Positions 40,479 through 52,041 of a stretch of DNA of 64,000 bases are shown here, one piece after another. Source of the DNA: Nitrospirota bacterium (lineage in GTDB: Bacteria > Nitrospirota > Nitrospiria > 2-01-FULL-66-17). The position numbers were made by a program, and so were the translations under genes. Position 1 is the first letter of the stretch. Each line of letters opens with the position of its first letter. The notes under the pieces were generated by a model. That model worked only from the letters and a program-made list of their open reading frames with translations. It did no database searches and was not told the DNA's origin. The stretch is from the NCBI GenBank assembly GCA_049325335.1, contig JBMOMC010000001.1:384001-448000 (forward strand). The letters are read 5' to 3'.

Positions 40479-40937
40479 CTAGCGGACATGGACGATCAGT
40501 TCCAACTCGATCGCCGCGCCCAGCGGCAACTCGTACGCGCCCAAGGCCAGCCGGGCGTGACGGCCCGCGTCGCCGAAGATGGCGACCAACAGGTCCGACG
40601 CGCCGTTGACCACGGCCGGCTGTTGCGTGAAGCCCTCGGCCGAGGCCACGTGGCCGCTCAGACGCACGATCCGCGCGACCGCGTCGAGGCTGCCGAGTTC
40701 AGCCTTCACCACCGCCAGGGCGTTCAAACATGCCAGGCGCGCGGCTTCCGCGCCTTGCTCCACGGTCAACTCTCGGCCAATCTTGCCGGTCCACGCGGGC
40801 TTGCCGTCTTTCATGGGCAGGATTCCGCTCAGAAATAAGACATCCCCGCTACGCACCGCCGGAACATAAGATGCGACGGGCTTGGGAGGCGGGGGCAGCG
40901 CCAGGCCGAGCGCGGTCAACCGTTGTTCCGGTGACAT
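40479..40937 (-). CDS. RidA/YjgF family protein
   Basis: PVASYVP, VNGASDLL..IFG..GRHAR.A.G...LPLGA.IELE. Confidence 0.92.
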   Translation of the reverse strand: MSPEQRLTALGLALPPPPKPVASYVPAVRSGDVLFLSGILPMKDGKPAWTGKIGRELTVEQGAEAARLACLNALAVVKAELGSLDAVARIVRLSGHVASAEGFTQQPAVVNGASDLLVAIFGDAGRHARLALGAYELPLGAAIELELIVHVR

Positions 40938-41938
40938 CACCATCCCTCCTTGGTTCGCATCGTGTCCAAAAAATCCATGGCGCGGCGGTCCACCCAATAC
41001 GACGGCGCCCACGGCCACGGTCCGTGCACGAACCCGACATGGCCGCCGCGCTCGCTAAAGTCCGCCTGCAACCACGACGAGCGCGTCACGGCTTCGCGCG
41101 GCAGGTGCGGTGCCGGCAAAAACGGATCGTCGTGCGCGCTGATCAGTAACACGGGTCGGCGGATGTGTGCAAGCCACGGCACGCAGCTCGACCGCGTCCA
41201 ATAATCTCGCGCGCCCGTGAATCCGTGGATCGGCGCGGTCACGTGTTCGTCGAACGCCGCGAAACTCGACAAGCGCCGCACACGTTCCACGTCGATCAAC
41301 CCGGGAAACCGCTCCGCCTTCGCCAAAGCCTTGGCCTTCAACGTCCGTAAAAACACGCGTCCATACACCCGGCCGAAGCCGTGATCCACCCGGTGCGCGG
41401 CCACGCCTAAATCGTACGGCACCGACACCGCCGCCGCGGCCCAGACCTGCTCCGGTGTCGTGTCACCGCGCTCGCCCAACCACTTGAGCAAGACATTCCC
41501 CCCGAGTGAAAACCCGACAAGGGCGAGGGGACGATGGGGTGAACGGGCGATCAGCGAGGCAACGATCCGATCCACATCGTTCGTCTCTCCGGAGTGATAG
41601 AACCGCGGCAGCCGGTTGAGTTCCCCGCTGCACGAGCGAAAGTTCACGGCCACGCCGTCCCAACCGCGCGCCGACGCCTCGACGAGCAGACCCAACACGT
41701 ATTTGGCCCGTGACGACCCTTCCAGGCCGTGCAGCACGATGACGAGCGGCGTTGTTGGGCGTGGCGGCGGATCGAGCCAATCCAGATCGAGAAAGTCCCC
41801 ATCCGACGTCTCGAGCCGCTCGCGTCGGTACGTCATCGACGGCGTGCGGCCCATGAACCGACGCCAGATAGTTTGGGCGTGGCGGTTGCGCAGCCACCAC
41901 GCGGGCTGAAAGTCTTCCCTGTTCGGTTGACGTACCAA
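40937..41938 (-). CDS. YheT-like alpha/beta hydrolase
   Basis: WWLRNRHAQTI, DGDFLDLDW, HGLEGSS, GFSLGGN, DDPF, GGHVGF; start approximate. Confidence 0.88.
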   Translation of the reverse strand: MVRQPNREDFQPAWWLRNRHAQTIWRRFMGRTPSMTYRRERLETSDGDFLDLDWLDPPPRPTTPLVIVLHGLEGSSRAKYVLGLLVEASARGWDGVAVNFRSCSGELNRLPRFYHSGETNDVDRIVASLIARSPHRPLALVGFSLGGNVLLKWLGERGDTTPEQVWAAAAVSVPYDLGVAAHRVDHGFGRVYGRVFLRTLKAKALAKAERFPGLIDVERVRRLSSFAAFDEHVTAPIHGFTGARDYWTRSSCVPWLAHIRRPVLLISAHDDPFLPAPHLPREAVTRSSWLQADFSERGGHVGFVHGPWPWAPSYWVDRRAMDFLDTMRTKEGW

Positions 41939-41946
41939 GACCCTCG

Positions 41947-42744
41947 TTACGCGCGAGACCGGCGAGGACGCACCTCGTAATCGGCGGTCCACAACCGATA
42001 CGAGACAATGGCGCCCACGCCGACCACGATCATCGCGGCGCTCACCACGTAGGGCGCGCGGATGCCGCCCAACATCAGGTCCTCGGCTCGGAAACTGCTG
42101 ACGAATGCCCGAATCGCTCCGTACAAGATCAGATACACGAAGATCAGAAACCCATCCCGAGTGGGACGACGACGTAGCGACCACATGATCGCAAAGCCGA
42201 TCACGTTCAATACCAATTCGTACAGCATCGCAGGATGGACCGCCATACCCGGAAATTCCTGCCCCGCCGGGCTGGTCGGCGGAAACACGATGCCCCACGG
42301 CAACGTGGTCGGGAAGCCGTGCACCTCCCCGTTCATGAAGTTCCCGAAACGGCCGAAGGCTTGGCCCAGCAGGATCGATGGCGCGCTCGCGTCTGCCAGT
42401 TGCCAGAACGGGATGCGGTGTTTGCGCACCCACCACCACCCGCCCAACGTGCCGCCGATCAGGCCGCCGTGGATCGCCAACCCGCCGTGCCAGATCGCTG
42501 GGATCTCCGCGGGGTTCGCGCCGTAGTACGGCCAATTGAACGCCACATAGTAGAGGCGACCGCCCAGGATGCCGGAAAAGAGCACGAGCGTGAGGAACGA
42601 CCACTTGTCGTCGTCCGAAATCCGCAGGCCCTTGCGCGCGATCTCTTTGCCCAACAACCAGCCCCCCACCAGAAACGCGGTGAGGTACATCAATCCGTAC
42701 CAGCGAATGACGATCGGACCGATTTCGATCAAATTGGGATGCAC
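41947..42744 (-). CDS. lgt: Prolipoprotein diacylglyceryl transferase
   Basis: IRWYGLMY, GGRLYY, GGLAIHGG, GRFGNFMNGE, HPAMLYE. Confidence 0.97.
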   Translation of the reverse strand: MHPNLIEIGPIVIRWYGLMYLTAFLVGGWLLGKEIARKGLRISDDDKWSFLTLVLFSGILGGRLYYVAFNWPYYGANPAEIPAIWHGGLAIHGGLIGGTLGGWWWVRKHRIPFWQLADASAPSILLGQAFGRFGNFMNGEVHGFPTTLPWGIVFPPTSPAGQEFPGMAVHPAMLYELVLNVIGFAIMWSLRRRPTRDGFLIFVYLILYGAIRAFVSSFRAEDLMLGGIRAPYVVSAAMIVVGVGAIVSYRLWTADYEVRPRRSRA

Positions 42745-42808
42745 TCAGACCTCCTTGGAGCCTGTCCATGCAAGGCCATCTGCGCCGGCCTGCGTGCTCA
42801 CGGTTTTC

Positions 42809-42838
42809 GTAGGGGCGTATGGGGCCATACGCCCCTAC
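42809..42838. repeat. GTAG-type REP-like palindrome (copy 2)
   Basis: GTAGGGGCGTATGG-GG-CCATACGCCCCTAC between mltG and lgt; same TTC/AGG flanks as copy 1. Confidence 0.85.
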
Positions 42839-42866
42839 AGGCGCGGCGTCGCCGCGGATACGTCGG

Positions 42867-43880
42867 TCACGCGCCCTGCGACGCGGCGCGGCGCCCTCGG
42901 CGTTGAAATTCATTTACGGCGCGGTTGTGTTCGCGCAGCGTGCGCGAGAACTGATGGGTGCCGTCGTTGCGCGCCACAAAAAACAGATAATCCACCCCCG
43001 CGGGATACAATGCGGCTTCCAACGCGTCGCGGCCCGGGTTCGCGATGGGGCCCGGCGGCAACCCGCGGCGACGATAGGTGTTATAGGGCGTGTCGCGGAT
43101 TAAATCGACTTTGCGCAAATTCCCGTCAAAGTTTTTGATCGGATAGATCACGGTGGGATCGCTTTGCAGCGGCATCCGCATGCGGAGCCGGTTGTGAAAC
43201 ACCGCGGAGATCGTCGGACGTTCGTGGCCCGCGCCGGTTTCTTTCTCGATGATGGATGCGAGCGTGACCACTTGGTGCTGCGTCAGCCCCATGTCCGCGG
43301 CCCGCGACGCCCACTCGGCCTGATACACCTCCCGGAACCGCTCCACCATCCGACGGAGAATGTCGGCGCTCGCGATGCGACGCGGCAACGCGTACGTGTC
43401 CGGGAACAAATAGCCCTCCAGCGTGGGCGCCTCGACCCCGAGTTCGCGCGCGAACTCGGGAGATTCGGCCAACCCCAATAACGCGTCGGGATCTCCGATC
43501 CCGGCCGCGCCGAACGCGTCCGCGATCTGACGGACCGTGTACCCTTCCGGGATGGTGACCGGGTGCAGCACCACGGTCCCGCGCCAGAAGTGATCGAGAA
43601 TTTCCAGCGGCCGCATGGACGGCTGCAGCGCGTATTCGCCGGCTTGGAGCCGCCGGTCCCGTCCGGTCACGCGCCCAAGCAGTACAAACTCGAATCGGTT
43701 GTGAATCACGCCGTCGCGCGCAAGCCGCGCCGCCACCGATGCCAGGGATTCGCGCTCCGCGATCTCGAACCGGATGGGGTCGCCCCCACTAGCGATGGGC
43801 ACCAGCAAAAACGCGGCCACGTGCGTGCCCACCGCCAACACGGCGAGCGTCGCCACGAGGACCAGGGTGTTCGGAGCCAT
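42867..43880 (-). CDS. mltG: Endolytic transglycosylase MltG
   Basis: TIPEG, LEGYLFPDTY, LASIIEKE, LQSDPTV, GLPPGPIANPG. Confidence 0.96.
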   Translation of the reverse strand: MAPNTLVLVATLAVLAVGTHVAAFLLVPIASGGDPIRFEIAERESLASVAARLARDGVIHNRFEFVLLGRVTGRDRRLQAGEYALQPSMRPLEILDHFWRGTVVLHPVTIPEGYTVRQIADAFGAAGIGDPDALLGLAESPEFARELGVEAPTLEGYLFPDTYALPRRIASADILRRMVERFREVYQAEWASRAADMGLTQHQVVTLASIIEKETGAGHERPTISAVFHNRLRMRMPLQSDPTVIYPIKNFDGNLRKVDLIRDTPYNTYRRRGLPPGPIANPGRDALEAALYPAGVDYLFFVARNDGTHQFSRTLREHNRAVNEFQRRGRRAASQGA

Positions 43881-43931
43881 GGAACGTCTTACCCGACGCA
43901 CGGTCGCCTCCGCGCACCGACTCCCCACGCG

Positions 43932-44366
43932 TCAGCCGCCGGATGTCGAAGTCCGATTCGTTTGCGCATCGAGGAAATCTTGCAGGATCACCACCGCGGC
44001 GGCCTTGTCGATGACCTGCTTTCGCTTGGCGCGCGACACATCCGCGTCAATGAGGACGCGCTCCGCGGTCGCGGTGGTGAAGCGCTCGTCCCAGGTGGTG
44101 ATGGGCACCCGTACCACGCCTTGCAATCGCGTCATGAAGTCTTGGACGATCCGGGCACGCGGACCCACCGTGCCGGCGAGCGTCAACGGCCATCCCACCA
44201 CGATCGCGCCCGCGTCCCAGTGCTCGGCCAGCCGCGCGATCTCGGCCAGGTCCGAGGCCCACGATCGCCGGTGAATCGTGCTCACCCCTTGCGCCGTGAT
44301 GCCTAATTCATCGCTCACCGCCACGCCGATCCGCCGATCGCCAACGTCCAACGCCAAGAATCGCAT
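43932..44366 (-). CDS. ruvX: Holliday junction resolvase-like / pre-16S rRNA nuclease YqgF
   Basis: LALDVGDRRIGVAVSD, VVGWP, WDERFTT, IDKAAAVVILQ. Confidence 0.95.
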   Translation of the reverse strand: MRFLALDVGDRRIGVAVSDELGITAQGVSTIHRRSWASDLAEIARLAEHWDAGAIVVGWPLTLAGTVGPRARIVQDFMTRLQGVVRVPITTWDERFTTATAERVLIDADVSRAKRKQVIDKAAAVVILQDFLDAQTNRTSTSGG

Positions 44367-44375
44367 CAAGTCTCT

Positions 44376-44496
44376 CAGGCTGCTGAAAAAGTCCATCTGC
44401 GGCGTTTTCGGTCGTCGGAAATCCTCACGACCGACCCAGTACGCTCCGGTTTCCTCCTCCCTGCGGCCTTGCATCCGGAACTTTTTGAGCAGCCTG
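44376..44496. mobile_element. 121-bp MITE-like element with 17-bp terminal inverted repeats
   Basis: CAGGCTGCTGAAAAAGT ... ACTTTTTGAGCAGCCTG (16/17 match), non-coding, between alaS and ruvX. Confidence 0.75.
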
Positions 44497-44527
44497 CTGG
44501 CACGCCAGTTTTTCAGTGTCCTTTCGA

Positions 44528-47179
44528 CTAACGCGCCCCGGCCATCGCTTCAACCAACCCGTATACGCGTTCCAGCGCCTCGTCGAGCCGCTCGGGGTTA
44601 CGTCCGCCGGCCTGTCCCATAGTCGCGTTTCCGCCGCCGGTTCCGCCGACCAGATCCGCCACGGCCCGCACCAGGTTGCCCGCGTGGAACCGTCCGGCTA
44701 AATCCGGCGTGACCGCGGCCACGATGTTCACCTTATCGCCCGCCACCGCGCCCAATACCACCACGCCGGACTTGATTTGCTCGCGCACGCGGTCGGCCGC
44801 GGCGCGCAGGTCCTTGGCATCCATACCGTCGATCCGGCGCGACGCCACGGTCACCCCGGCCACGGTTCGGCCCCGATCCGATGACGACTCGCTGCGCCCG
44901 CCGCCAGCCAGCCGCGTTTTGAGTTGTTCGATCTCGCGTTCGCGCGCCCGCAAGGACTCCACCAGCTTGCGCGCCTTGGACACGGCTTCGTGAGGCGGCG
45001 CCTTGAACAACCCCGCGATCTCGGCCAGATCCTGCGCGTCTTTCTTGGACGCCAGGTAGGCCGGTTCACCGGCCACGGCTTCGATCCGCCGCACCCCGGC
45101 CGCCACGCCCGCTTCGCGCACGATCTTCAACAAGCCGAGTTCACCCGTGTCCCGGGTGTGGGTGCCGCCGCACAGTTCTTTGCTGAACGACCCGATCGAC
45201 ACCACGCGCACCTGATCCCCGTACTTTTCGCCGAAAAACGCCAACGCCCCGCTCGCCAACGCGTCGCGCTGCGACATCACCGTCTTCTCAACGTGGTGGT
45301 CTTCCTGGATGCGCCGATTGACCTCCTGCTCGACCCGCTCCAACTCGCGCGGGGACAGCGGCGCGAAGTGGTGAAAATCGAATCGCAAGCGATCAGGCGC
45401 CACCAGCGAACCGGCTTGCTTGACGTGATCGCCCAACGTCTCGCGCAGAATCGCGTGTAACAGGTGAGTACCGGTGTGATGGTTCGAACAGGCTTGCCGC
45501 GACGCGCGGTTCACGCTCACCCGATACCGGTCCCCCTCGACCACGCGCCCGCGGCGAATCGCGACCGCGTGCACGTACAGGCCTTTGACCGGAATGACCG
45601 TATCCCGAATCTCCGCGTCCGCGTTCGGACCGACCAGTTCACCCCGGTCGCCGAGCTGGCCGCCGCCCTCGCCGTAACAGGGCGTGTGATCGAACACCAA
45701 TTCAACCTGTTCGCCTTCGCGCGCCTCGCGCACCCGCGCGCCGTCTTTGAGAATCGCCAGCACGCGCACGTCCGCGTCTAATCCATCTTCGCTGAGAAAT
45801 TCGGTCGGGCCGGTCCGGGCCGCCGTCTCCTTATAAATGGTCTGCACCTGCTCGGCTTCGAACCCGCCCGCGGCTCGAGCGCGCTCGCGTTGCTCGTCCA
45901 TCGCGGCGGCAAATCCCGCCTCGTCCAGGGACAGGCCGTGCTCCTTGGCCACGTCCGCGATCAGGTCCATGGGAAACCCATACGTGTCGTACAATTTAAA
46001 TAGGTCGGTCCCGGTCAGCCTCGGAGTCTTGGAGCGTTTGGCTTCATCCACGAGCCCCGAGAGGATCGTCATGCCGTGGCTGAGGGTCTGGGCAAACCGT
46101 TCTTCTTCCGCGAGCAATGTGCGCGCGACCGCCTGGCGGTTGCGCGCCAATTCGGGATACGCGTCCTGCATCTGCGCCGCCACGGTGGCCGAGAGGTCGT
46201 GCAGGAACGGGCCGTCGAGCCCCAACAGCTTGCCGTGGCGCGCCGCGCGCCGGAGCACGCGCCGCACCACGTAACCACGGCCCTCGTTGGAGGGCAACAC
46301 GCCGTCGGACAATAAGAACGTGAGCGCCCGGAGGTGATCCGCGATCACCCGCATGGATACGTCGGACGAGACGTCGCGTCCGTACGTTGTCCCGCAGGCC
46401 CGTCCGATTGCGTCCAACACCGGCCGGAACAGGTCGCTATCGTAGTTGCTGAACACGCCCTGGGTCACCGCGGCCACGCGCTCCAACCCCATCCCGGTGT
46501 CGATGCTTGGACGCGGCAGCGGCGAGAGCGTGCCGGAGGCGTCGCGGTTGTACTGCATGAACACCAGGTTCCAAATCTCCAGGTACCGGTCGCAGTCGCA
46601 GCCCACCCCGCACGTGGGTTTGCCGCACCCGACGTGCGCGCCCTGGTCCACGTAGATCTCGGAGCACGGCCCGCACGGACCCGTGTCGCCCATTTGCCAG
46701 AAGTTATCCTTCTCCCCCAAACGCACGATGCGTTCAGGCCGCACGCCCACCGCCTCGCGCCAGAGCCGCGCGGCTTCGTCGTCCTCGCGGAACACGGTGA
46801 CCCACAGGCGATCCGGCGGCAATTTGAGCACGTCGGTGACGAACCCCCACGCCATCCGAATCGCGCCGTCCTTGAAATAGTCCCCGAAGGAAAAATTGCC
46901 CAGCATTTCGAAAAACGTGTGATGCCGCCCGGTATACCCCACGTGTTCCAGGTCATTGTGTTTGCCGCCGGCGCGCACGCATTTTTGCACCGACACCGCG
47001 CGGACGTAGGGTCGCGGGTCCTCGCCGAGAAAGGTCTGCTTAAACTGCACCATGCCGGCGTTGGTAAACAACAAGGTGGGGTCCTGCGCCGGGATCAGCG
47101 ACGAACTGGGGACCGGGGTGTGGTCGTGGCGGGCCGTGAAAAACTCGCAGAACGCGCGGCGGATGTCGGCTGCGTTCAC
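44528..47179 (-). CDS. alaS: Alanine--tRNA ligase
   Basis: LLFTNAGM, HHTFFEMLGNFSFGDYFK, DTGMGLER, HTGTHLLH, ELCGGTH. Confidence 0.99.
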   Translation of the reverse strand: MNAADIRRAFCEFFTARHDHTPVPSSSLIPAQDPTLLFTNAGMVQFKQTFLGEDPRPYVRAVSVQKCVRAGGKHNDLEHVGYTGRHHTFFEMLGNFSFGDYFKDGAIRMAWGFVTDVLKLPPDRLWVTVFREDDEAARLWREAVGVRPERIVRLGEKDNFWQMGDTGPCGPCSEIYVDQGAHVGCGKPTCGVGCDCDRYLEIWNLVFMQYNRDASGTLSPLPRPSIDTGMGLERVAAVTQGVFSNYDSDLFRPVLDAIGRACGTTYGRDVSSDVSMRVIADHLRALTFLLSDGVLPSNEGRGYVVRRVLRRAARHGKLLGLDGPFLHDLSATVAAQMQDAYPELARNRQAVARTLLAEEERFAQTLSHGMTILSGLVDEAKRSKTPRLTGTDLFKLYDTYGFPMDLIADVAKEHGLSLDEAGFAAAMDEQRERARAAGGFEAEQVQTIYKETAARTGPTEFLSEDGLDADVRVLAILKDGARVREAREGEQVELVFDHTPCYGEGGGQLGDRGELVGPNADAEIRDTVIPVKGLYVHAVAIRRGRVVEGDRYRVSVNRASRQACSNHHTGTHLLHAILRETLGDHVKQAGSLVAPDRLRFDFHHFAPLSPRELERVEQEVNRRIQEDHHVEKTVMSQRDALASGALAFFGEKYGDQVRVVSIGSFSKELCGGTHTRDTGELGLLKIVREAGVAAGVRRIEAVAGEPAYLASKKDAQDLAEIAGLFKAPPHEAVSKARKLVESLRAREREIEQLKTRLAGGGRSESSSDRGRTVAGVTVASRRIDGMDAKDLRAAADRVREQIKSGVVVLGAVAGDKVNIVAAVTPDLAGRFHAGNLVRAVADLVGGTGGGNATMGQAGGRNPERLDEALERVYGLVEAMAGAR

Positions 47180-48335
47180 GTCCCGAACCGCTCGATTTTA
47201 AACCCCGGGTCCGGGGCGGGCGTCGGAGCCGGCTTCTGGGCTTCCCACGTCAGGTCTCCGGTGGACTGCACGCCCTTCATCTTCAGGGCGAAATCGTCGG
47301 GGTTGGACGACCACCGCAGGGCCTCTTCGTACGCGATGAGTTTGTCGCGGCACAACTGGGCCAAGGATTGGTCGAAGGTCTGCATCCCGTATTGGGACGT
47401 GCCCGCCCCGATCACGTCGTGAATGCGCCGCGTCTTATCCGCGTCGATCACGCACTCGCGGATGGTTTGGGTCGCGACCATGACCTCGACCGCGGGCACA
47501 CGGCCCTGGCCGTCGATCTTCGGCACCAGCCGCTGCGAAATGACCCCCTTGATCACCCCGGCGAGTTGTAATCGCACCTGCTTTTGCTGGTAGGGCGGGA
47601 ACACCGAAATGATGCGGTTCACGGTTTCGGTCGCGTCCACCGTGTGCAGCGTGCTCATCACCAAGTGCCCGGTCTCGGCCGCGACCAGCGCGGTGGAGAT
47701 GGTTTCAAAGTCGCGCATCTCGCCGACCAGGATCACGTCCGGGTCCTGCCGCAACGCGGACCGCAGCGCGGTGCCGAAGGACTCGGTATCCGCGCCGATC
47801 TCCCGTTGACTGACCAGACACTTGCGGTCGCGATGCAAAAACTCGATCGGATCTTCGATGGTGATGATGTTTTCGGTGCGGGTGCGATTGATGTAGTCGA
47901 TGATCGCAGCCAAGGTGGTGGACTTGCCGCTCCCGGTGGTCCCGGTCACCAGGATCAGCCCCCGCGTCTCGGACGACAACTTCTCGATCACCGCCGGAAG
48001 GTGCAGGTCTTGGAACGTGAGAATCTTGGTGGGCACCGACCGGAACACCATGTTGACGGTGCCGCGCTGCTGATAACAGTTCACGCGGAATCGACCGAGG
48101 CCCGGCGCGCTGTACGCCAAGTCGAGTTCGGATTTCTCCTTGAACCGCTGTTTTTGCGAATTGTTCATGATCGAGAACGCCACGGCCACCGCGTCTTCCT
48201 GGGTGAGCCGGACCGTGGGGTCCAGCGGCTCCAAATGTCCGTCCACGCGCACCGTGGGCGGACACCCCACCTTCAGATGCAAGTCCGACCCGCGTTTGGC
48301 TACCGCGGCCTTGAGCAGTTCATCGATGTTGAGAC

Positions 48336-48339
<4 letters not shown>
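47176..48339 (-). CDS. pilT: Type IV pilus retraction ATPase PilT/PilU family
   Basis: [59 protein letters not shown]. Confidence 0.92.
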
Positions 48340-49394
<1,055 letters not shown>

Positions 49395-49419
49395 CCTCGA
49401 TTCCTCCCGTCGGTGTCTC

Positions 49420-50049
49420 TCAAGTCGCCGAAGTCCCCATGAGCGGCAGCGCCGCCATCACCGTGTAGATCGACCCCTGCGGGGTCAGCCGACTCGCCAT
49501 CAACCGGATCTCGGTCACGGTCCACTCCCCCGCGGTCCCGCGCAACCCCGGGGGCACGGGTGTTGTGAGCAGCGCCTCGACGCGGTCGCGCGGCGGCGGG
49601 GTGCGCCACCGCCCCAACGTCACATGCGGGTGAAACGCCCGCTCCTCGGACGCAAACCCCTCGTGGATCAGCGCCTCGGCCACGCGCGCGTGCACCCGCC
49701 GCAATCCCTCGCCACGGTCCTTGATGTCCAGCCACAAGACCGCGGCGCGCCCCGGATGCGGAAACACGCCGATCGAGTCCGCGGCCACCCGACAGGGCGC
49801 GCACGCCCTTGCCGCCTCGCGTAAGCGTTCGGCCAACGCGGGCACGCGCTCGCGGGGAACCGGTCCCAAAAACGCCACCGTCACGTGCGCGCCGTCCGGC
49901 TGCACCCACCGGATGCCGGACGCGACGGAGGTCCATTGATCCCGCAGCGCCGCCAAGCCAACGGCCCACGCATCCGGGACGTGCGCCGCCACGAAACTGC
50001 GCACCGCGTCCCGATCATCGGCAGGCCGCAGGCCGGGCCGTGTGTTCAC
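49420..50049 (-). CDS. thpR: RNA 2',3'-cyclic phosphodiesterase
   Basis: Two HxT motifs ([17 protein letters not shown]); between cinA and recA. Confidence 0.9.
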   Translation of the reverse strand: MNTRPGLRPADDRDAVRSFVAAHVPDAWAVGLAALRDQWTSVASGIRWVQPDGAHVTVAFLGPVPRERVPALAERLREAARACAPCRVAADSIGVFPHPGRAAVLWLDIKDRGEGLRRVHARVAEALIHEGFASEERAFHPHVTLGRWRTPPPRDRVEALLTTPVPPGLRGTAGEWTVTEIRLMASRLTPQGSIYTVMAALPLMGTSAT

Positions 50050-51275
50050 GCGTTCGCGAGCAACCGCCGCACCGCGTTGAGTCCGAACTGCGAGAACGCG
50101 AGCTTGGTGTCCGCGCGGGTGCCGGAAAACCGCCAGCGCGTCGTCTCCGTACCCCGCGCCGTGGCGAGCCCGACCACCAGCGTGCCCACCGGTTTCTCCG
50201 GAGAACCCCCCTCCGGACCCGCGATGCCGGTCAATGCCAGCGCCACATCGCTGCCCGCGGCGCGGCGCGCGCCCTCGGCCATCATCGCGGCCACCGGCTC
50301 GCTCACCGCGCCGTGCGCCGCCAGTTGCGCGCGGTCCACACCCAACCATTGCGTCTTAGTTTCGTTTGCGTACGTGACCCAGCCGCCCATAAAGTACCGC
50401 GAGCTCCCCGACACGTCGGTGAGCCGATGCCCGACCAACCCGCCGGTGCAGGATTCCGCCACGGCCAAGGTCCATCCCTTGGCGCGCAGGAGGTCGCCGA
50501 CGACCGATTCCATAGCGACCCCGTCGTGCCCGTACACCGCGTCCCCCAACCGGCGCGTGATCTCCGCGACCACGCGGTCCAATTCCTCGACGCCGCGATC
50601 GGTCGTTCGGGCGCGCAGCCGAACCTCCACGCCTTTGGGCGACGCCAAAATTCCGGTCTCACACGCGGCCTCGCGAAAGAGGTCCGACAACCGTCGATCC
50701 ACCTCCAACTCGCCAAGCCCGAAGAGGTGGACGGTGCGCCGCGGGATCGGATCACCCGCGCCGAGTTCCGCGAGCCACGGCGCCACGGACGCGTCGAACA
50801 TCGCCCGCATCTCCGCCGGGACCCCGGGCAACGCCACGACGTGCGCGCCTCCCTCGCTGAGGCGAATCCCGGGCGCGATGCCCACGGGGTTCGGCAGCGC
50901 CTCGGCGCCCACCGGCAATAGGGCTTGTCGTTCGCTCGCGGGCGGCGCCTCGCGCCCCCGGCGTCGGTACGCCTCGCGGATGTCGGCCAACACGTCGTCC
51001 CGCAATACCAAACGCCGCTTGGCCACCCGCGCGATCGTCCGCGTGGTGATGTCGTCGTGCGTGATGCCGAGCCCTCCGGTCAGGATCACGAGCGGCGCGC
51101 GCGCCATCGCGTCCGACACGGCGCGCGCGAGCGATTCCTCATCGTCGCCGACCACGGTCTTGGCCGCGACCTCGACCCCGCGCGCCCCCAACGCGTCCGA
51201 GAGCGTCACCGTGTTGGTCTCGACCCGATCACCCCACAACAATTCGGTGCCGACCGCGATGAGCGCCGCCTTCAC
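50046..51275 (-). CDS. cinA: Competence/damage-inducible protein CinA (NMN deamidase domain)
   Basis: VGTELL, TGGLG.T.DD.T, LPGVP.EM, AESCTGG, TGIAGP. Confidence 0.96.
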   Translation of the reverse strand: MKAALIAVGTELLWGDRVETNTVTLSDALGARGVEVAAKTVVGDDEESLARAVSDAMARAPLVILTGGLGITHDDITTRTIARVAKRRLVLRDDVLADIREAYRRRGREAPPASERQALLPVGAEALPNPVGIAPGIRLSEGGAHVVALPGVPAEMRAMFDASVAPWLAELGAGDPIPRRTVHLFGLGELEVDRRLSDLFREAACETGILASPKGVEVRLRARTTDRGVEELDRVVAEITRRLGDAVYGHDGVAMESVVGDLLRAKGWTLAVAESCTGGLVGHRLTDVSGSSRYFMGGWVTYANETKTQWLGVDRAQLAAHGAVSEPVAAMMAEGARRAAGSDVALALTGIAGPEGGSPEKPVGTLVVGLATARGTETTRWRFSGTRADTKLAFSQFGLNAVRRLLANA

Positions 51276-51733
51276 GAGACGCCCAGCGCCCAGCGCCCCA
51301 GTCGCACCGCGAGGTTCGCGTACAACCCCGCGACCAGATCATCGAGCATGATGCCCCAGCCCCCGGGTTGCGCTTCGAGGCGGCGAATAGGGAACGGCTT
51401 GGCGATATCGAACACCCGAAAACACACAAACGCGGCCGCCGCCTCGCCGGCCCGAATAGGCAGCGCATAGAGGGCCACGAGCATCCCCACGACTTCGTCG
51501 ATCACCACGATGGAGGGATCTTTCCGGCACGCGGCCAGCTCGGTCCGGCGCGCGGCCGCCACCCCCAGACCGAACAAGACGACGGTCAACGCCGCAGACC
51601 ACGGAGACCCGAGCGCGGGCCACGCCCACCAGGCAATCGCGAGACCCGCCAGGCTCCCGGCGGTGCCCGGCGCCCAAGGCACGGTCCCGACCCCGCCGGC
51701 CGTGGCCACCCACCATGCCCATCGCTCCCGCAC
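51272..51733 (-). CDS. pgpA: Phosphatidylglycerophosphatase A
   Basis: APGTAGS, DPSIVVIDEVVG, FRVFDIAKPFP, IMLDDLVAG. Confidence 0.95.
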   Translation of the reverse strand: MRERWAWWVATAGGVGTVPWAPGTAGSLAGLAIAWWAWPALGSPWSAALTVVLFGLGVAAARRTELAACRKDPSIVVIDEVVGMLVALYALPIRAGEAAAAFVCFRVFDIAKPFPIRRLEAQPGGWGIMLDDLVAGLYANLAVRLGRWALGVS

Positions 51734-51909
51734 CGCCGCAGTCCCCCCGGCCGATCTTGCCGGAAAAAGCGGCCCATTCTAGCACCCGGTCGGAGGCGAA
51801 TCAAGGCAAGGCGACGACGAATCGCTGGGGCGAATATACCATAAAGGAATTGCTTTTCCCGCCGCGCGCCGGGGCTCCCGAAAAATTTCCGCGCCGATGA
51901 AATTTTTTC

Positions 51910-51937
51910 TTGACTTGGGACTTGATTCAGTTATAGT
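51910..51937 (+). promoter_or_regulatory. sigma70 promoter of polyamine operon
   Basis: TTGACT-16bp-TATAGT. Confidence 0.6.
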
Positions 51938-52041
51938 ACGGACCAAAATTGATTCCGACGCTCGCGCGATGCATCGCGGCCCGCGCGCGAGCCGATTGAA
52001 CGAAGTGAAGCGGGCGCGACGACGAAAAGGGGGAACAGAAG

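Noticed and set aside
40937..42913. 658-aa ORF suggesting a long N-terminal extension of the YheT-like hydrolase
   Set aside because: The upstream half overlaps lgt in another frame and is low-complexity; the hydrolase begins near 41940.
44367..44474. N-terminal extension of RuvX
   Set aside because: Derived from the MITE-like repeat; family similarity starts at ATG 44366.
51960..51993. GCTCGCGCG...CGCGCGAGC hairpin in the speD leader as a SAM/polyamine riboswitch
   Set aside because: Single GC-rich stem with no recognisable riboswitch consensus.
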